From Candidatus Hydrogenedentota bacterium (lineage in GTDB: Bacteria > Hydrogenedentota > Hydrogenedentia > Hydrogenedentales > SLHB01): a stretch of DNA of 64,000 nt. This document shows positions 29,019 to 39,025 of the stretch, one piece after another. A model generated the notes under the pieces. The model was not told where the DNA came from. It made no database searches and worked only from the letters and a program-made list of their open reading frames with translations. The position numbers and the translations under genes were made by a program. Within the stretch, counting starts at the first letter, position 1; every line of letters starts with the position of its first letter. The stretch covers positions 992,001 through 1,056,000 of the forward strand of contig CAXXTH010000010.1 in assembly GCA_963668025.2 (NCBI GenBank), given 5' to 3'.

Positions 29019-29034
29019 ACGTGATCGATCACGT
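29019..29034. promoter_or_regulatory. Perfect 16-bp palindrome, LacI-type operator candidate
   Basis: ACGTGATCGATCACGT (central CG) in the divergent intergenic region upstream of the glycosidase. Confidence 0.55.
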
Positions 29035-29201
29035 ATCAAGTGAAATCCCAGATGGATAGTGTACGAATCCATTCAAGAAAGGGTTGCACTTGCGGCAAAT
29101 CGGGCGGTACAATGCATTTTCCCCGCCGAGTGGCTTTGGGTGGCGGTATAGCATGAAATAGGTTTAGAGGCCAGTCCGGCCTAATCGAATAAGGAGGCGG
29201 C

Positions 29202-30311
29202 ATGTCATTCATTGCGGAGCGGATGGGGCGTATTGATGCAAGCGGGATTCGTAAAATATTCGCCTTAGCGGCGCATATGAAAGATCCGGTGAATCTGAGC
29301 ATAGGCCAGCCGGATTATGATGTGGATCTCGCCGCCAAGGAAGTGGCGATCGAGCAGATTCGCGGGGGATTCAATAGCTATACGCAAACGTGGGGGGTGG
29401 ATGCGCTTCGCGAGGCCTGTTCCGCCTATTACGAGCGGATTTTTGGGGTATCGCTTCAGAATGTCATGATCACCAGCGGCGTCTCCGGGGGCCTGCTTTT
29501 GGCGATGATGGCCACGGTGAACCCTGGCGACGAAGTCATTCTCGCGGATCCGTATTTTGTGATGTACAAGCATTTGGTGCATTTGCTTGGCGGGAAATGC
29601 GTCGCGATAGACACCCACCCCGACTTCAAGCTCAAACCCGCGCAAGTCGAGGCGGCCATTACGCCACGCACCAAAATACTCTTGGTGAATTCGCCATCGA
29701 ACCCCACGGGGGTCACGCTGAGCAAAGCGGAACTCCAAGGCTTGGCGGATGTGGCGAAAAAACACAATCTGCTGGTGATTTCGGACGAGATTTATGAGTG
29801 CCTGGCCTATGATAGCAGCCGGGCGTCCATGGCGGGCATGTATGATAACCTACTGGTGCTCAATGGTTTCTCGAAGATCGCCGCCATGACGGGATGGCGG
29901 GTGGGGTATGCCGCAGGCCCGGATGCTATCATTCAGGCCATGAACACGCTACAGCAATATACGTTCGTATGCGCTCCTTCATTTGCCCAAATGGCGGCCG
30001 TGAAGGCCCTGGAGATCGACCATAGCGCGAAAGTGGATGCATACCGCCATAAACGCGATACGATCTATAACGGGCTCGTGGAAGCGGGATATCGCGTGGT
30101 GAAACCTGGCGGAGCGTTTTATATTTTCCCAGAGGCCCCCGATGGCGATGGCGACGCCTTTGTGGCAAAGGCCATAGAAAACAATTTGCTCATTATTCCG
30201 GGCAGTGTGTTTAGTGAGCGGAAAGCGAATTTCCGCATCAGCTTCGCCGCGAAAGATGAAACCATCGAAAGAGGACTGGATATTTTGCGCAAGTTGCGGG
30301 CTTCGTATTAG
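29202..30311 (+). CDS. Class I/II PLP-dependent aminotransferase (aspartate aminotransferase-like)
   Basis: NLSIGQPD, NSPSNPTG, ISDEIY, GFSKIAAMTGWRVGY, FRISFA. Confidence 0.93.
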   Translation: MSFIAERMGRIDASGIRKIFALAAHMKDPVNLSIGQPDYDVDLAAKEVAIEQIRGGFNSYTQTWGVDALREACSAYYERIFGVSLQNVMITSGVSGGLLLAMMATVNPGDEVILADPYFVMYKHLVHLLGGKCVAIDTHPDFKLKPAQVEAAITPRTKILLVNSPSNPTGVTLSKAELQGLADVAKKHNLLVISDEIYECLAYDSSRASMAGMYDNLLVLNGFSKIAAMTGWRVGYAAGPDAIIQAMNTLQQYTFVCAPSFAQMAAVKALEIDHSAKVDAYRHKRDTIYNGLVEAGYRVVKPGGAFYIFPEAPDGDGDAFVAKAIENNLLIIPGSVFSERKANFRISFAAKDETIERGLDILRKLRASY

Positions 30312-30360
30312 GCTTATTCGAAACCTTATACGTTCAAAGGATGGATCGAGAACCATTTCG

Positions 30361-30382
30361 GCGCTCTTCGGGGCGCTTTTTT
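30361..30382 (+). terminator. Intrinsic terminator
   Basis: GCGCTC-TTCG-GGGCGC-TTTTTT. Confidence 0.8.
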
Positions 30383-30759
30383 GTTTGCATATCGCGAAGC
30401 GGGGGTGCGCTCCCTACGAAGCTATATGCAAACTCCTTGCAGGAGGCAGAGGCCGATTTTTCGCCTAAGTGCCTGCTATACTGCTTTTTACCCCAAAATA
30501 TAAGCGAAAAAACTACCGGACGCCCATATATTGTTGGCATGGCTTATTCTCAAAATCCCGTTTTTTTCTCTTAGGAAGGGAACTTTCTTGAATCTCGGTG
30601 GATAAGAAGCAATGGAAGTAAGGAAAGTCTGGCAGGCGTAGAGGCTTTTGCTCAAACCGCCAGCCAGATTCAGAAACCAGCACGCGCAGAGATGGCCGCG
30701 GGGCGGATATCGCGTCATACGCGTACGCCTTCTGCAGAATTTAGAGGAGCGCGTAGAAT

Positions 30760-31251
30760 ATGGCCAGAATCACTTCTTCCATAATCGTGGGAATGGGCTT
30801 GTTGCTGTGTTGCGCGGCGATAGGCGCGAAATACTCGATACCGGTTGATCAAGTGGATGGGAAGAAGGTCTACTATGGACTGCCAAGCCAATTTGATAAG
30901 CCGGGGGAGGTCCGGTATGAGGAAGTCATCCGGGCTACGCCAGAGTATAAAGCGATGAAAAAAGAAAAAGTAAAGCGTGGCACGGGCCGGTATTGGATCC
31001 TGCTGAGTGAAGCCAGCAATCGGACGGTTCGGGGTATCGCCCGAGTGGGTGAGGACAGTGATTATGACCTCATCACGGAATCAGGATATCTAGGCAGCCT
31101 AAATCCCGCCATTGAAGCGGATGATATCACCGCGAATGTGGTTAAGGTGGTGGCTGAAGACACACAGAAAAAAGATGCACCCCAAAAAGACGCACAGAAA
31201 AAAGGTGCGCCTAAAAAAGATACGCCTAAAAAAGATACACCGAAAAAGTAG
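30760..31251 (+). CDS. Small exported protein resembling a shortened Skp/OmpH chaperone, with a Lys-rich KKDxP repeat tail
   Basis: Signal peptide; GEVRYEEVIRATPEYK...IARVGEDSDYDLITE...DDITANVVKVV matches the OmpH body pattern with a very short coiled coil. Fold call is by eye. Confidence 0.5.
   Translation: MARITSSIIVGMGLLLCCAAIGAKYSIPVDQVDGKKVYYGLPSQFDKPGEVRYEEVIRATPEYKAMKKEKVKRGTGRYWILLSEASNRTVRGIARVGEDSDYDLITESGYLGSLNPAIEADDITANVVKVVAEDTQKKDAPQKDAQKKGAPKKDTPKKDTPKK
31168..31248 (+). repeat. 15-bp coding tandem repeat x5 (KKDAP/QKDAQ/KKGAP/KKDTP/KKDTP)
   Basis: aaaaaagatgcaccc caaaaagacgcacag aaaaaaggtgcgcct aaaaaagatacgcct aaaaaagatacaccg. Confidence 0.85.
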
Positions 31252-31302
31252 TCGCGATGAAAGGCCTTATACTTGGCGTCTCGAATCGAGAAGAGAGAAG
31301 CG

Positions 31303-32265
31303 ATGTTCTTCAAGCGTGCGGGGGTGATTGTGCCGTTGGCGGCGTTGCTGTTTTGTGGGTGCGCCTCGAATCCAGTAGGATATCTTAAAGATATTGGAGA
31401 CCGTTCGACCAACGAGGGCGCTGCGAGCAAGGAACTCACCGAGGCTCGGAAAATGGTGCAGCAAGGCCAAAGCTCCATGGCCATACCTCGATTCGTGCAA
31501 TTAATCTCCCTTTATCCACAGTCCAGTGCTGCTGTTGAAGCGCGATATTGGCTGGGCGCGTCGTACCAGGATGTAAAGAGTTATCAAGAAGCCATCAATT
31601 TATATCAAGAGTATCTCCGCTTGGCTCCAGAAGGTTCATATGCCCCTCAAGCCCGCGATAGTGTTGCGGCCTTGAATGCGGAGTATCAGAAACAATTTCC
31701 ATCGGCTGAAGAACTAGATAGCCAGATTCGTGCGGCTTCCGAGAAGCTCAAACAGCAGCCAGGCGAATTGAAGCTGCAACTGGAATTGGCTGATTTGTAT
31801 TGGCGCCGGGGGGATTATCAATCTGCAGGGCCATTATATGCGCAGATAGTGAAAGCGCATCCAGAATTTGCCCAAGATGAGACCATCGCGCAGCGGGTAG
31901 AGTTTCAGTCGAATGGGGAATACACGGTGCTGAGCCCGTCGGAGCTTCAACGGCGGGATGTCGCAGAAAGGCCATTAACGATCACTAATTCTACATCGTA
32001 TTTAGGTGGAAAAGATCGGATTACGCGGGAAAAACGATTCTATGTGGTTACCGGCCAAGCATATAATCGAAGTGATAGCACCTTGTATGGCGTACAAGTG
32101 GTGGTGACCATATATGGATTCGGCAATGTGGTATATGATTCGAGCACGGTGAACATCGGAAAACTTAACGGTGGAGAGCGCCGGGCGTTCAGCATTCGTT
32201 TCAGCAACTTTGAGACATTAGAAAATATCACACGCTATGAATGCGTGGGTAGTTTTGAACGATAG
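31303..32265 (+). CDS. TPR lipoprotein (BamD/CpoB-like repeats) with C-terminal FxLYD-like Ig domain
   Basis: Lipobox LLFCG-C; YPQSSAAVEARYWLG..Y..YQEAI..Y..YL..APEG TPR pattern; VVTGQAYNRSD..GVQVVVTIYG..IGKLNGGERRAFSI. Confidence 0.75.
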   Translation: MFFKRAGVIVPLAALLFCGCASNPVGYLKDIGDRSTNEGAASKELTEARKMVQQGQSSMAIPRFVQLISLYPQSSAAVEARYWLGASYQDVKSYQEAINLYQEYLRLAPEGSYAPQARDSVAALNAEYQKQFPSAEELDSQIRAASEKLKQQPGELKLQLELADLYWRRGDYQSAGPLYAQIVKAHPEFAQDETIAQRVEFQSNGEYTVLSPSELQRRDVAERPLTITNSTSYLGGKDRITREKRFYVVTGQAYNRSDSTLYGVQVVVTIYGFGNVVYDSSTVNIGKLNGGERRAFSIRFSNFETLENITRYECVGSFER

Positions 32266-32272
32266 GTGAAAC

Positions 32273-33415
32273 ATGAAATATGGCATGCTCATAGCGCTGT
32301 TGCTGGCGTTTGTTGCGGGTGCGGGGTGGTCGCAAGACAGCCCCGACAAGCCGCAGCAGGTATCCGTATCGGTAAAAATCATCGAATTCCAAGCGACCAA
32401 GGGGGTGGAAACCGGTTTGAGCGCCTATTTTAAGCGCCGTGAAACCGTGGATTGGTGGGGGATTGTCCACACGCCCAAACAAGGGCTTTTGACTGCGGAT
32501 GTGACTTTTCCCACCACGGATGCAACCGATGGCATTATCGTATTCCTGGACAGGCTCCGGTTGAACGAAGGTGATGTCGAGATGCTTCTCCAGGGATTGG
32601 TGGATGACAACCGGGCATTTATTTTATCTCAGCCGAAGGTCATGGTGATGATTGGCGGCACCCCGAATGAGATCAAAACCGTCCAGCGCATTCCATATGA
32701 AAACACGGCGGTGGTAGGTGCGACCACCGTACAAAGCACGGACTTCAAAGACACGGGCGTCACGCTGAATATCGCCGTGCCGAACATATATGATATGGAT
32801 GGAAACTGGCAGACTTCGCAGGATACCTATATCCAGCTCACTGTGTCGGCGGAAGTATCGGAGGAAGGCCAGCGCCTTGTTGTCGCACTCGCGGATAACA
32901 CCGGGAGCACCACCAGTACAAGCAATTCCATCAGTGCGCCAGAGTTTGTAAACCGCAGCATCAAGACCATGGTGTATGTAAACTCAGGGCAAGTTCTGGT
33001 GATGGGGGGGCTATACAACAATACAAAATCCAAAACGCTCACCACCGTGCCTTGGCTTAAAGAAACAGAGGATGTGGCGGTGGGCCTGGCGGAGCGGGTC
33101 ATTCCAGGCGACAGTATTGAATCGCCTCTCTCTTCTGTTTTTGGACACCGCGATTCCACGACAACACGCCGCGAACTGGTCTTTTTGATTAAGGCGGAAG
33201 TTTGGCGTCCCTCTTACACGGTAGCGGATGAAAACGGCATGGCTTCTTCCGAAACCGAAAACAATGCTTCTAAAAAGGCAAGTCCCTCAGATGTGATTTC
33301 CAATGTCCTTACGGGGATTTCTGAGTTGCCGCAGGAAATAGGCGAAGGTCTCAAAAACAAGGATTCCGACGATTTAGGGATCGATTCGCAGCTTGGTGCA
33401 AAGGGGAAGAAATGA
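32273..33415 (+). CDS. Secretin-family outer membrane protein, secretin (C) domain only, copy 1
   Basis: Signal peptide followed immediately by QVSVSVKIIE; AFILSQPKVMV, FKDTGVTLNI, PEFVNRSIKTMVYVNSGQVLVMGGL, VPWL, RRELVFLIKAEV. Confidence 0.8.
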   Translation: MKYGMLIALLLAFVAGAGWSQDSPDKPQQVSVSVKIIEFQATKGVETGLSAYFKRRETVDWWGIVHTPKQGLLTADVTFPTTDATDGIIVFLDRLRLNEGDVEMLLQGLVDDNRAFILSQPKVMVMIGGTPNEIKTVQRIPYENTAVVGATTVQSTDFKDTGVTLNIAVPNIYDMDGNWQTSQDTYIQLTVSAEVSEEGQRLVVALADNTGSTTSTSNSISAPEFVNRSIKTMVYVNSGQVLVMGGLYNNTKSKTLTTVPWLKETEDVAVGLAERVIPGDSIESPLSSVFGHRDSTTTRRELVFLIKAEVWRPSYTVADENGMASSETENNASKKASPSDVISNVLTGISELPQEIGEGLKNKDSDDLGIDSQLGAKGKK

Positions 33416-34566
33416 TGCGCATCCGCGCAATTTGCATAGGAGTGATGTTGTACGCTGTTGTGGCGCAGTGCCAAGAGCCCGCACCGCCGCCCGCTGCACC
33501 GCCTACGCCTGCACCGGAAGCAGCGGCGCCTGCCCCAGCACCAGCACCAGCACCTGAGGCGGCTCCCGCTCCCGCGCCTGCACCTGCACCTGCACCTGCA
33601 CCTGCCCCGGCTCCCGCGCCTGCGCAAGATATTCGGCAAGTGCAGATTCAGGTTTGGATTAGCGAGACCGGCGAAGAAGGCTTGCGTGACCTGGGCGCGA
33701 ATCTTACATATACCCGTTTTGTGGACAGCATAGAACAGAATGGGTCTGTTCAACAAATCAATACGAATGTACACGATTTGGAGAGTTCAGATTTCACCGT
33801 CACGCTTCCGGTGCAAGATCAGACATTATTTACGGCTCCCATGCGCCCCGATCAATCCTCGAATCTATCCGATGGCCTCCAGGCGCAAGAAGGGGTCGGG
33901 CTCACGTTTAGTATGATCCAAAGCAATTATGGAACTATTGACGGCGTATTCAGGGCGGTTGAACGCCATACGGATTTGGACCTCATTTCGAAGCCAGAAC
34001 TGCTGGTCATTAACGGCCAGCCCGCTGAGATTCATGCAGGCGGCGAGGTTCCGTATCAAGCCATTAAATACACGCCAGGAACGACCCAGGTGCAGTTGAA
34101 TGTGCTCTGGCAGCCCATTGGAGTCAATATGCAGCTTACGCCCACCATACTCCCGAATGATATGGTGCAGCTTAATCTCACCAAATTAGAGGTGAGCGAC
34201 ATCGCCCGCATTGATTCTATTCGTGGTATTGACATGCCGGTTTTTGCGAGCCGGACCCAAAGCGGCACCGTGTTGGTGCCGAATGGGCAAACTCTGGTTA
34301 TTGGCGGATTATCGAGCCGCGTGGTGCGCCGGACCGAACGGCGTGTTCCTGTTGTAGGGGCAGTTCCTTTGCTTGGAATGCCTTTCCGTGGCCGCAACTC
34401 GGAAGCGGATATCAACCACTTGCTCATTTTTGTTTCGCCCACGGTGGTGGATCTGAATAAACCCAGCGAAACGACGGTGAGCGCGCTCGATTTTTGGCGC
34501 CGTGAGAAATGGCAGCACGAAAAAGAAATTAATGATGAGGTTACCCGGCTTGGAGATGACCTCTAG
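33412..34566 (+). CDS. Secretin-family outer membrane protein, secretin domain only with Pro/Ala linker, copy 2
   Basis: QVQIQVWISE, LISKPELLVINGQPAEIHAGGEVPY, GVNMQLTPTI, PVFASRTQSGTVLVPNGQTLVIGGL, VPVVGAVPLLGMPFR, LLIFVSPTVV; ATGA overlap with copy 1. Confidence 0.88.
   Translation: MMRIRAICIGVMLYAVVAQCQEPAPPPAAPPTPAPEAAAPAPAPAPAPEAAPAPAPAPAPAPAPAPAPAPAQDIRQVQIQVWISETGEEGLRDLGANLTYTRFVDSIEQNGSVQQINTNVHDLESSDFTVTLPVQDQTLFTAPMRPDQSSNLSDGLQAQEGVGLTFSMIQSNYGTIDGVFRAVERHTDLDLISKPELLVINGQPAEIHAGGEVPYQAIKYTPGTTQVQLNVLWQPIGVNMQLTPTILPNDMVQLNLTKLEVSDIARIDSIRGIDMPVFASRTQSGTVLVPNGQTLVIGGLSSRVVRRTERRVPVVGAVPLLGMPFRGRNSEADINHLLIFVSPTVVDLNKPSETTVSALDFWRREKWQHEKEINDEVTRLGDDL
33478..33624 (+). repeat. Low-complexity (Pro-Ala)n coding repeat (GCACCT/GCACCA units)
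   Basis: Encodes PAPPPAAPPTPAPEAAAPAPAP... directly after the signal peptide. Confidence 0.85.
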
Positions 34567-34570
34567 CCTG

Positions 34571-35620
34571 CTAATGCTTCGCCGCGCCGTTCCCTGTTTC
34601 TGTATCAGGCAATGGGGGACTGGGAGGAGAGGGCGCATGCTGCGCCTTCTCAGTAGATTCCGCGGGAGGAAGACCGAGCAGCTTTTCGAAACCCGTGGCC
34701 GTATAATCGCCTGAGATCACTAAGCCTTCCGCATGCGCCGTTCCCTCCATATTAAGGCCGAAGTTGCGCTGGATACGTGCGCGTGACTGGCCCATCATGC
34801 TGTTTAACAGGAAGGCAAGGCTGCTTGCATCAGAGTTCTGCAGTTCAGGCCTGCATTCTGCTTCGAGTTTTACATCCAACGTGGTGAGCGATGAAAAATC
34901 AGCCCAAAGTCGTATGCTGGCTAATTTCTTTAACAAATACACTACTTGCGTCGGATGCGAAGGGCTATTCACAGGCTCATGCCAATCCAGCAGCATTGTC
35001 ACTAAGGTGAATCCCCGGCCGTCCCGGAGGTCTAGGACGAGTTCGAACAGGTGTCCGCCGCGAAGTGTTAATGGTGATAATGGAGTTACCACTCCCCAGT
35101 GTTGCCGGACAAGCGAGACGCTTTCGGGCAGGATAGGCATTGTCCCATCAAGCAGCAAGACACCCCGGCGTTTTACAACCATCTCCGGGGGATCCCATGT
35201 AATGCCCATAACGCCTTGAAGCACGCCAGAACGCATCGTTGCTTGCTGGATGATCGGCGCACCGCGGCGTGTGTTCAAGAATACCCGTACGGACGCCGAA
35301 TTGGTGTTGAGGTCCGGATCGCAGAAGACCGCCGTTTCGTACGGCAGCACCCAGTCTAATATGCCGGCGGGCGCGGAGGTGCCTGCCAGATAATGTGTTG
35401 CGATAAAATCACGGGCTTTAGCGGGATCGATTTCCATGCGCAGCGCAGTCTGTTCGGAAGCTTCAGTGGTGTGGGGAATGCGCGGCTCAGGAAGCAAAAT
35501 GCCGAACTTCGCCTGAATAATAACAGCAGCAATCACAAGCAAGATGGCCAGCGCCATCATCAATACCAAGCAGATGCGCTTCAATTTCAACGGTTGCACT
35601 CCTTGCCATAAACGAGCCAT
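34571..35620 (-). CDS. Hypothetical membrane-anchored protein
   Basis: Long ORF with one N-terminal TM (ICLVLMMALAILLVIAAVII); start uncertain (35590-35665). Confidence 0.65.
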   Translation of the reverse strand: MARLWQGVQPLKLKRICLVLMMALAILLVIAAVIIQAKFGILLPEPRIPHTTEASEQTALRMEIDPAKARDFIATHYLAGTSAPAGILDWVLPYETAVFCDPDLNTNSASVRVFLNTRRGAPIIQQATMRSGVLQGVMGITWDPPEMVVKRRGVLLLDGTMPILPESVSLVRQHWGVVTPLSPLTLRGGHLFELVLDLRDGRGFTLVTMLLDWHEPVNSPSHPTQVVYLLKKLASIRLWADFSSLTTLDVKLEAECRPELQNSDASSLAFLLNSMMGQSRARIQRNFGLNMEGTAHAEGLVISGDYTATGFEKLLGLPPAESTEKAQHAPSPPSPPLPDTETGNGAAKH

Positions 35621-35707
35621 ATCTTTACTTATTCTGGAAGTATAACATTTACTGCCGCTCAGCATCCCGCCGCCATGGGGAGGGGCGTTGTTTTATGGAA
35701 AAGCTAA

Positions 35708-35730
35708 GCCTCCCTACATCGTAGGGAGGC
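35708..35730. terminator. Hairpin downstream of the minus-strand carbohydrate operon
   Basis: GCCTCCCTAC-atc-GTAGGGAGGC perfect 10-bp stem. Confidence 0.55.
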
Positions 35731-35802
35731 GCAGGATGCTTGTCAAACCGCCAAAACCGGCTCTGCATGGAAAGGGAGTGTACGCCAGCAAAATAAGGCG
35801 TT

Positions 35803-37275
35803 CTATTCTTTCAAAGAGGCTGAACAGGTATACGTGATGTCATCAAAATAGACGGTTACACTGTTGCCATCAATCCAAGGCGTGCAAATGCCATAACGAT
35901 TAAAAGAAGCCCCAATGGCTTTATGGCCGGGCTCGAGCGGCAATACACACTTCTGGCTATCTAGTTCAACTGAGATTTCTCCACTTCCATCCCCTCCATT
36001 AGGGTCATAACGAAACACCCAGTCGTGCAGCTTCCCATCAGGATGGATTTTGGGGGCATTCTCATGGCGATCCAGGGCCTTCTCCTCATCTCCGTGAACC
36101 CGGTACACGGGATAAAAATAAAAACCCTCGGGAGATGGCCCTTCGATATAAATTCCTACATAATCTTTCGGTATGCCATGCGTTTGGGATGGATTCACTT
36201 CCATGCTTGACGCCGCGTTGTAAAAGCCAATGGAAGCCGTACTGTCCGATACCGCGCGAGTCACGCAGACTTTCCCGCTTGCATAGAGGGGCGTATTCAA
36301 TGAGAGGGTTTCGATCTTACAGCCGTAAGAAGCCAATTTCTCCGGATACCGGCAATCGCCGCGAAAAATAAGCCCGCCCAATTCACCTGGTTTTTCTCCG
36401 CCTGCGAACGTGGTGGCGCTCCATCCAAAATCAAAGTTGGGGCGGCAGTTCCAGGTTTCATACGTGCGGCGATTGTTCATTTCATCCCAGTTTGGATCTT
36501 GGCTGAAATCGAATGCCTGCCCGTTGACGGATACATCATCAAGCCAGAACTCATTCGGCTCGTCCCAGCCTTTCATCACAGGGAGCACGCCGAAATGGGT
36601 GAAAGAAGCGCCATCCGCACGATGTTCTGGAAGCAGTGTGCATACCGCCTTTTCACCATTTAATGAAAAAGTGAGGAGGCCGTATCCATCCCCCCCTTTG
36701 GGATCATATTCCATCTTCCATTCATATGCGGTATCCGCAGGAAGCGCCCGAGCCTCGATGCGCTGGCCTCGGACAATTTCGCCGATCACGCCTGCTTCGA
36801 AACGCCACATACTGGTTCCGTATTCGGCATGGCAATGAAACCCTTCTTCGCCGCGCCCGTTGAGCCGCGCTACCATCGTGTTCGGCGTGCGCCATTCATT
36901 CAGCGTGCCCGCATTAAAAAAGCCGAGGAGAAAATTGCCAGAGCCCTTTGCAATATAGATGCGCCCCGATGCGTGCAGCGCATCATCAAACGTCATCCGC
37001 TTTGGCAGGCGGTATGCACAAAAAGCCGGTTCCGCCGCTGCTTGAATCCGGCCTCCCATCTCGCCGGGAGCGCCTCCCGCATGGCTGGTGTCCGCGCTAT
37101 ATCTGAAATCCTGTGTGACCGGCCTCGGCGCAAAGTGAGTGCATCGATTATTCACTCCCTCCCAATTGCCGGGCTCCGTATCGAAATTCTCGAACTGGGT
37201 TCCTCCGGATGCTATTCCCACGGGTAACAGCATCAAGATGAAAAGCGAAGAAATGGTGATAACGCCGTTTCGCAT
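35803..37275 (-). CDS. Secreted hypothetical protein with two internally duplicated beta-rich domains
   Basis: Signal peptide from MRNGVIT (SD GGAGG). Repeated units: FRYSADTSHAGGAPGEMGG / FGWSATTFAGGEKPGELGG and YDPKGGDG / YDPNGGDG. Confidence 0.7.
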   Translation of the reverse strand: MRNGVITISSLFILMLLPVGIASGGTQFENFDTEPGNWEGVNNRCTHFAPRPVTQDFRYSADTSHAGGAPGEMGGRIQAAAEPAFCAYRLPKRMTFDDALHASGRIYIAKGSGNFLLGFFNAGTLNEWRTPNTMVARLNGRGEEGFHCHAEYGTSMWRFEAGVIGEIVRGQRIEARALPADTAYEWKMEYDPKGGDGYGLLTFSLNGEKAVCTLLPEHRADGASFTHFGVLPVMKGWDEPNEFWLDDVSVNGQAFDFSQDPNWDEMNNRRTYETWNCRPNFDFGWSATTFAGGEKPGELGGLIFRGDCRYPEKLASYGCKIETLSLNTPLYASGKVCVTRAVSDSTASIGFYNAASSMEVNPSQTHGIPKDYVGIYIEGPSPEGFYFYPVYRVHGDEEKALDRHENAPKIHPDGKLHDWVFRYDPNGGDGSGEISVELDSQKCVLPLEPGHKAIGASFNRYGICTPWIDGNSVTVYFDDITYTCSASLKE

Positions 37276-37361
37276 GATATGGCTCCTCCCATATGAAGAT
37301 ACGGCGCATGAACTGGAGTTTTTCCAGCCATGCGCCGCGCCTTTCAAAAATGTATCCGCGC

Positions 37362-38999
37362 CTATTCGAAATCGAGGCAATAGATTTTTGCTTGCCGCAT
37401 TTTGAACCGCAGCACTACAGGCTCCCCGGGCTTGACCCCTAAGTCATCTGCATTCTTCCAACGCACCAGCGTTTTGAATTGATCGCCAACGATAGGAATT
37501 GCATCCTCGAAGGTTCTGCCAGGAATGGGCTTTCCTTGGAAATCCGCCGCTTCCACAAGCACTTCACCGGTGCGCGGAGTCAATGCGTTAATTACCAGTT
37601 TCGCACCTGGGGCTAGAACCGCCATGGTGGTGAAATGGCCCTCATCCGCTGCTTCCAGCGCCATTAGCCGCCCTTTGGGCCAGCGCGCCATGCCCCATTC
37701 TTCCGCGTAACAACCGCGCGGATATTTATGCGGCAGTAAATCACCCCGGTACGGCACCACCCAGCTTCCATCTCCCAGTTCGGTGAGGCCAGGGTTGGGC
37801 ATCCACAGCGTGCCGCCATCCCAGTTTCCATAATTGGAGGCCGTTAGCACCGGACCGCCTGGCGACTTGTGCCAAACCTTGCCATCCGTACTAGAATAGA
37901 GATCGATGGCTCCCGAATCCTCTGCTTGGATATACCGGGAAGGAAACATGAGGTGGTGTTCGGGCGCATTCGGAATCGTGGTGTACATGCAGAAATAAAA
38001 AGAATCCGTGGGGGCCATGTCATTATCGGTTTCGACGACCACATCCGATAATGGAAACTCACGGAAATTGCCTGTTTCCGCCCGCCCAATCGCCCGCCGT
38101 GGCGAGAATTGATGCCAGCGCTCATGTTTCAATGGATACTCTTCGGCGCGCGGCCCCACCATATACGTCCGGGAATACATCACGTATTTTTTGATGAGGG
38201 GGTCATAGTAGATATATTGCCCGCCGTCGCTCATCTCGACACTGATGGGGTCTGGCAGCTTCGTCCAGGTGATGCCGTCAGGTGAAACGTACCCGAAGAT
38301 GGCGTGGACTCGTCCGGGATCGGTTTCCGTGGCCATGCGCTGCCAGGGCCGGCGCTGTTTGTAGGCTTCAAATTCCGCTAGATCATAATCACTGTTGGAT
38401 GCCGCTTTGAAGCGTTCTTCCGGCGGAGCGCTGGGGTCATAGCACACCCGATCCTGGGAGTCGCGGACCAGATTGTTCTCTTTACTGCCATCAAACTCCA
38501 CCAATCCTAATTTCGGCCGTATCCAGGTGGTTCCGTCCGTTGACTCCAAATAGCATTTGCCGCCGGGCTTGCATTCTCCCCAAGCCATGATCTTGCCTTC
38601 AACTTGGAGTAATGAATGGATTTTAATGCCTTCTGCTTCCCATGGATATTCCGGCTGGATCGCGAGTTCGCCTTTCTCCGCAGGCTCGCATACCAGCCGG
38701 ACGCCATGCGGCACATCCATTTCCACCCAATGCACATTCGGATCATTCGGCTCCGCCTTTACATCACGATTGGCGAATACGCTTTCCCCTTCATTATTTT
38801 GCCAATCGAAGCGGCCAGGGCGAATCCAATACCAAGTGGTGAAAACCATCCGCTTGCCCCTTAATGCATAGGGCTCGCCATAACCCAGCTCGTGGTTCAT
38901 CGCTTGCGCCAAAGGCGCTACAATATAGAGTGCTAGGCACACTGTCCAAAAAGCGCACGAGAACCATGCAGCACCGTTTGTATGAAATCGAAATGCCAT
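37362..38999 (-). CDS. Secreted five-bladed beta-propeller protein (GH32/GH43-like fold), function unknown
   Basis: YLESTDGTTWIRPKLGLVEFDGSKENN, SPDGITW and STDGKVW Asp-box-like repeats; C-terminal GHFTT..LVINA..GEVLVE..PIPG..VRW domain. Confidence 0.65.
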   Translation of the reverse strand: MAFRFHTNGAAWFSCAFWTVCLALYIVAPLAQAMNHELGYGEPYALRGKRMVFTTWYWIRPGRFDWQNNEGESVFANRDVKAEPNDPNVHWVEMDVPHGVRLVCEPAEKGELAIQPEYPWEAEGIKIHSLLQVEGKIMAWGECKPGGKCYLESTDGTTWIRPKLGLVEFDGSKENNLVRDSQDRVCYDPSAPPEERFKAASNSDYDLAEFEAYKQRRPWQRMATETDPGRVHAIFGYVSPDGITWTKLPDPISVEMSDGGQYIYYDPLIKKYVMYSRTYMVGPRAEEYPLKHERWHQFSPRRAIGRAETGNFREFPLSDVVVETDNDMAPTDSFYFCMYTTIPNAPEHHLMFPSRYIQAEDSGAIDLYSSTDGKVWHKSPGGPVLTASNYGNWDGGTLWMPNPGLTELGDGSWVVPYRGDLLPHKYPRGCYAEEWGMARWPKGRLMALEAADEGHFTTMAVLAPGAKLVINALTPRTGEVLVEAADFQGKPIPGRTFEDAIPIVGDQFKTLVRWKNADDLGVKPGEPVVLRFKMRQAKIYCLDFE

Positions 39000-39025
39000 T
39001 TTTTTTACCTCCGGTTGAGCCGCCG

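Noticed and set aside
31168-33624. CRISPR-like periodic repeats
   Set aside because: The repeats are short, in-frame coding (KKDxP, Pro-Ala) and have no spacers; no cas genes in the window.
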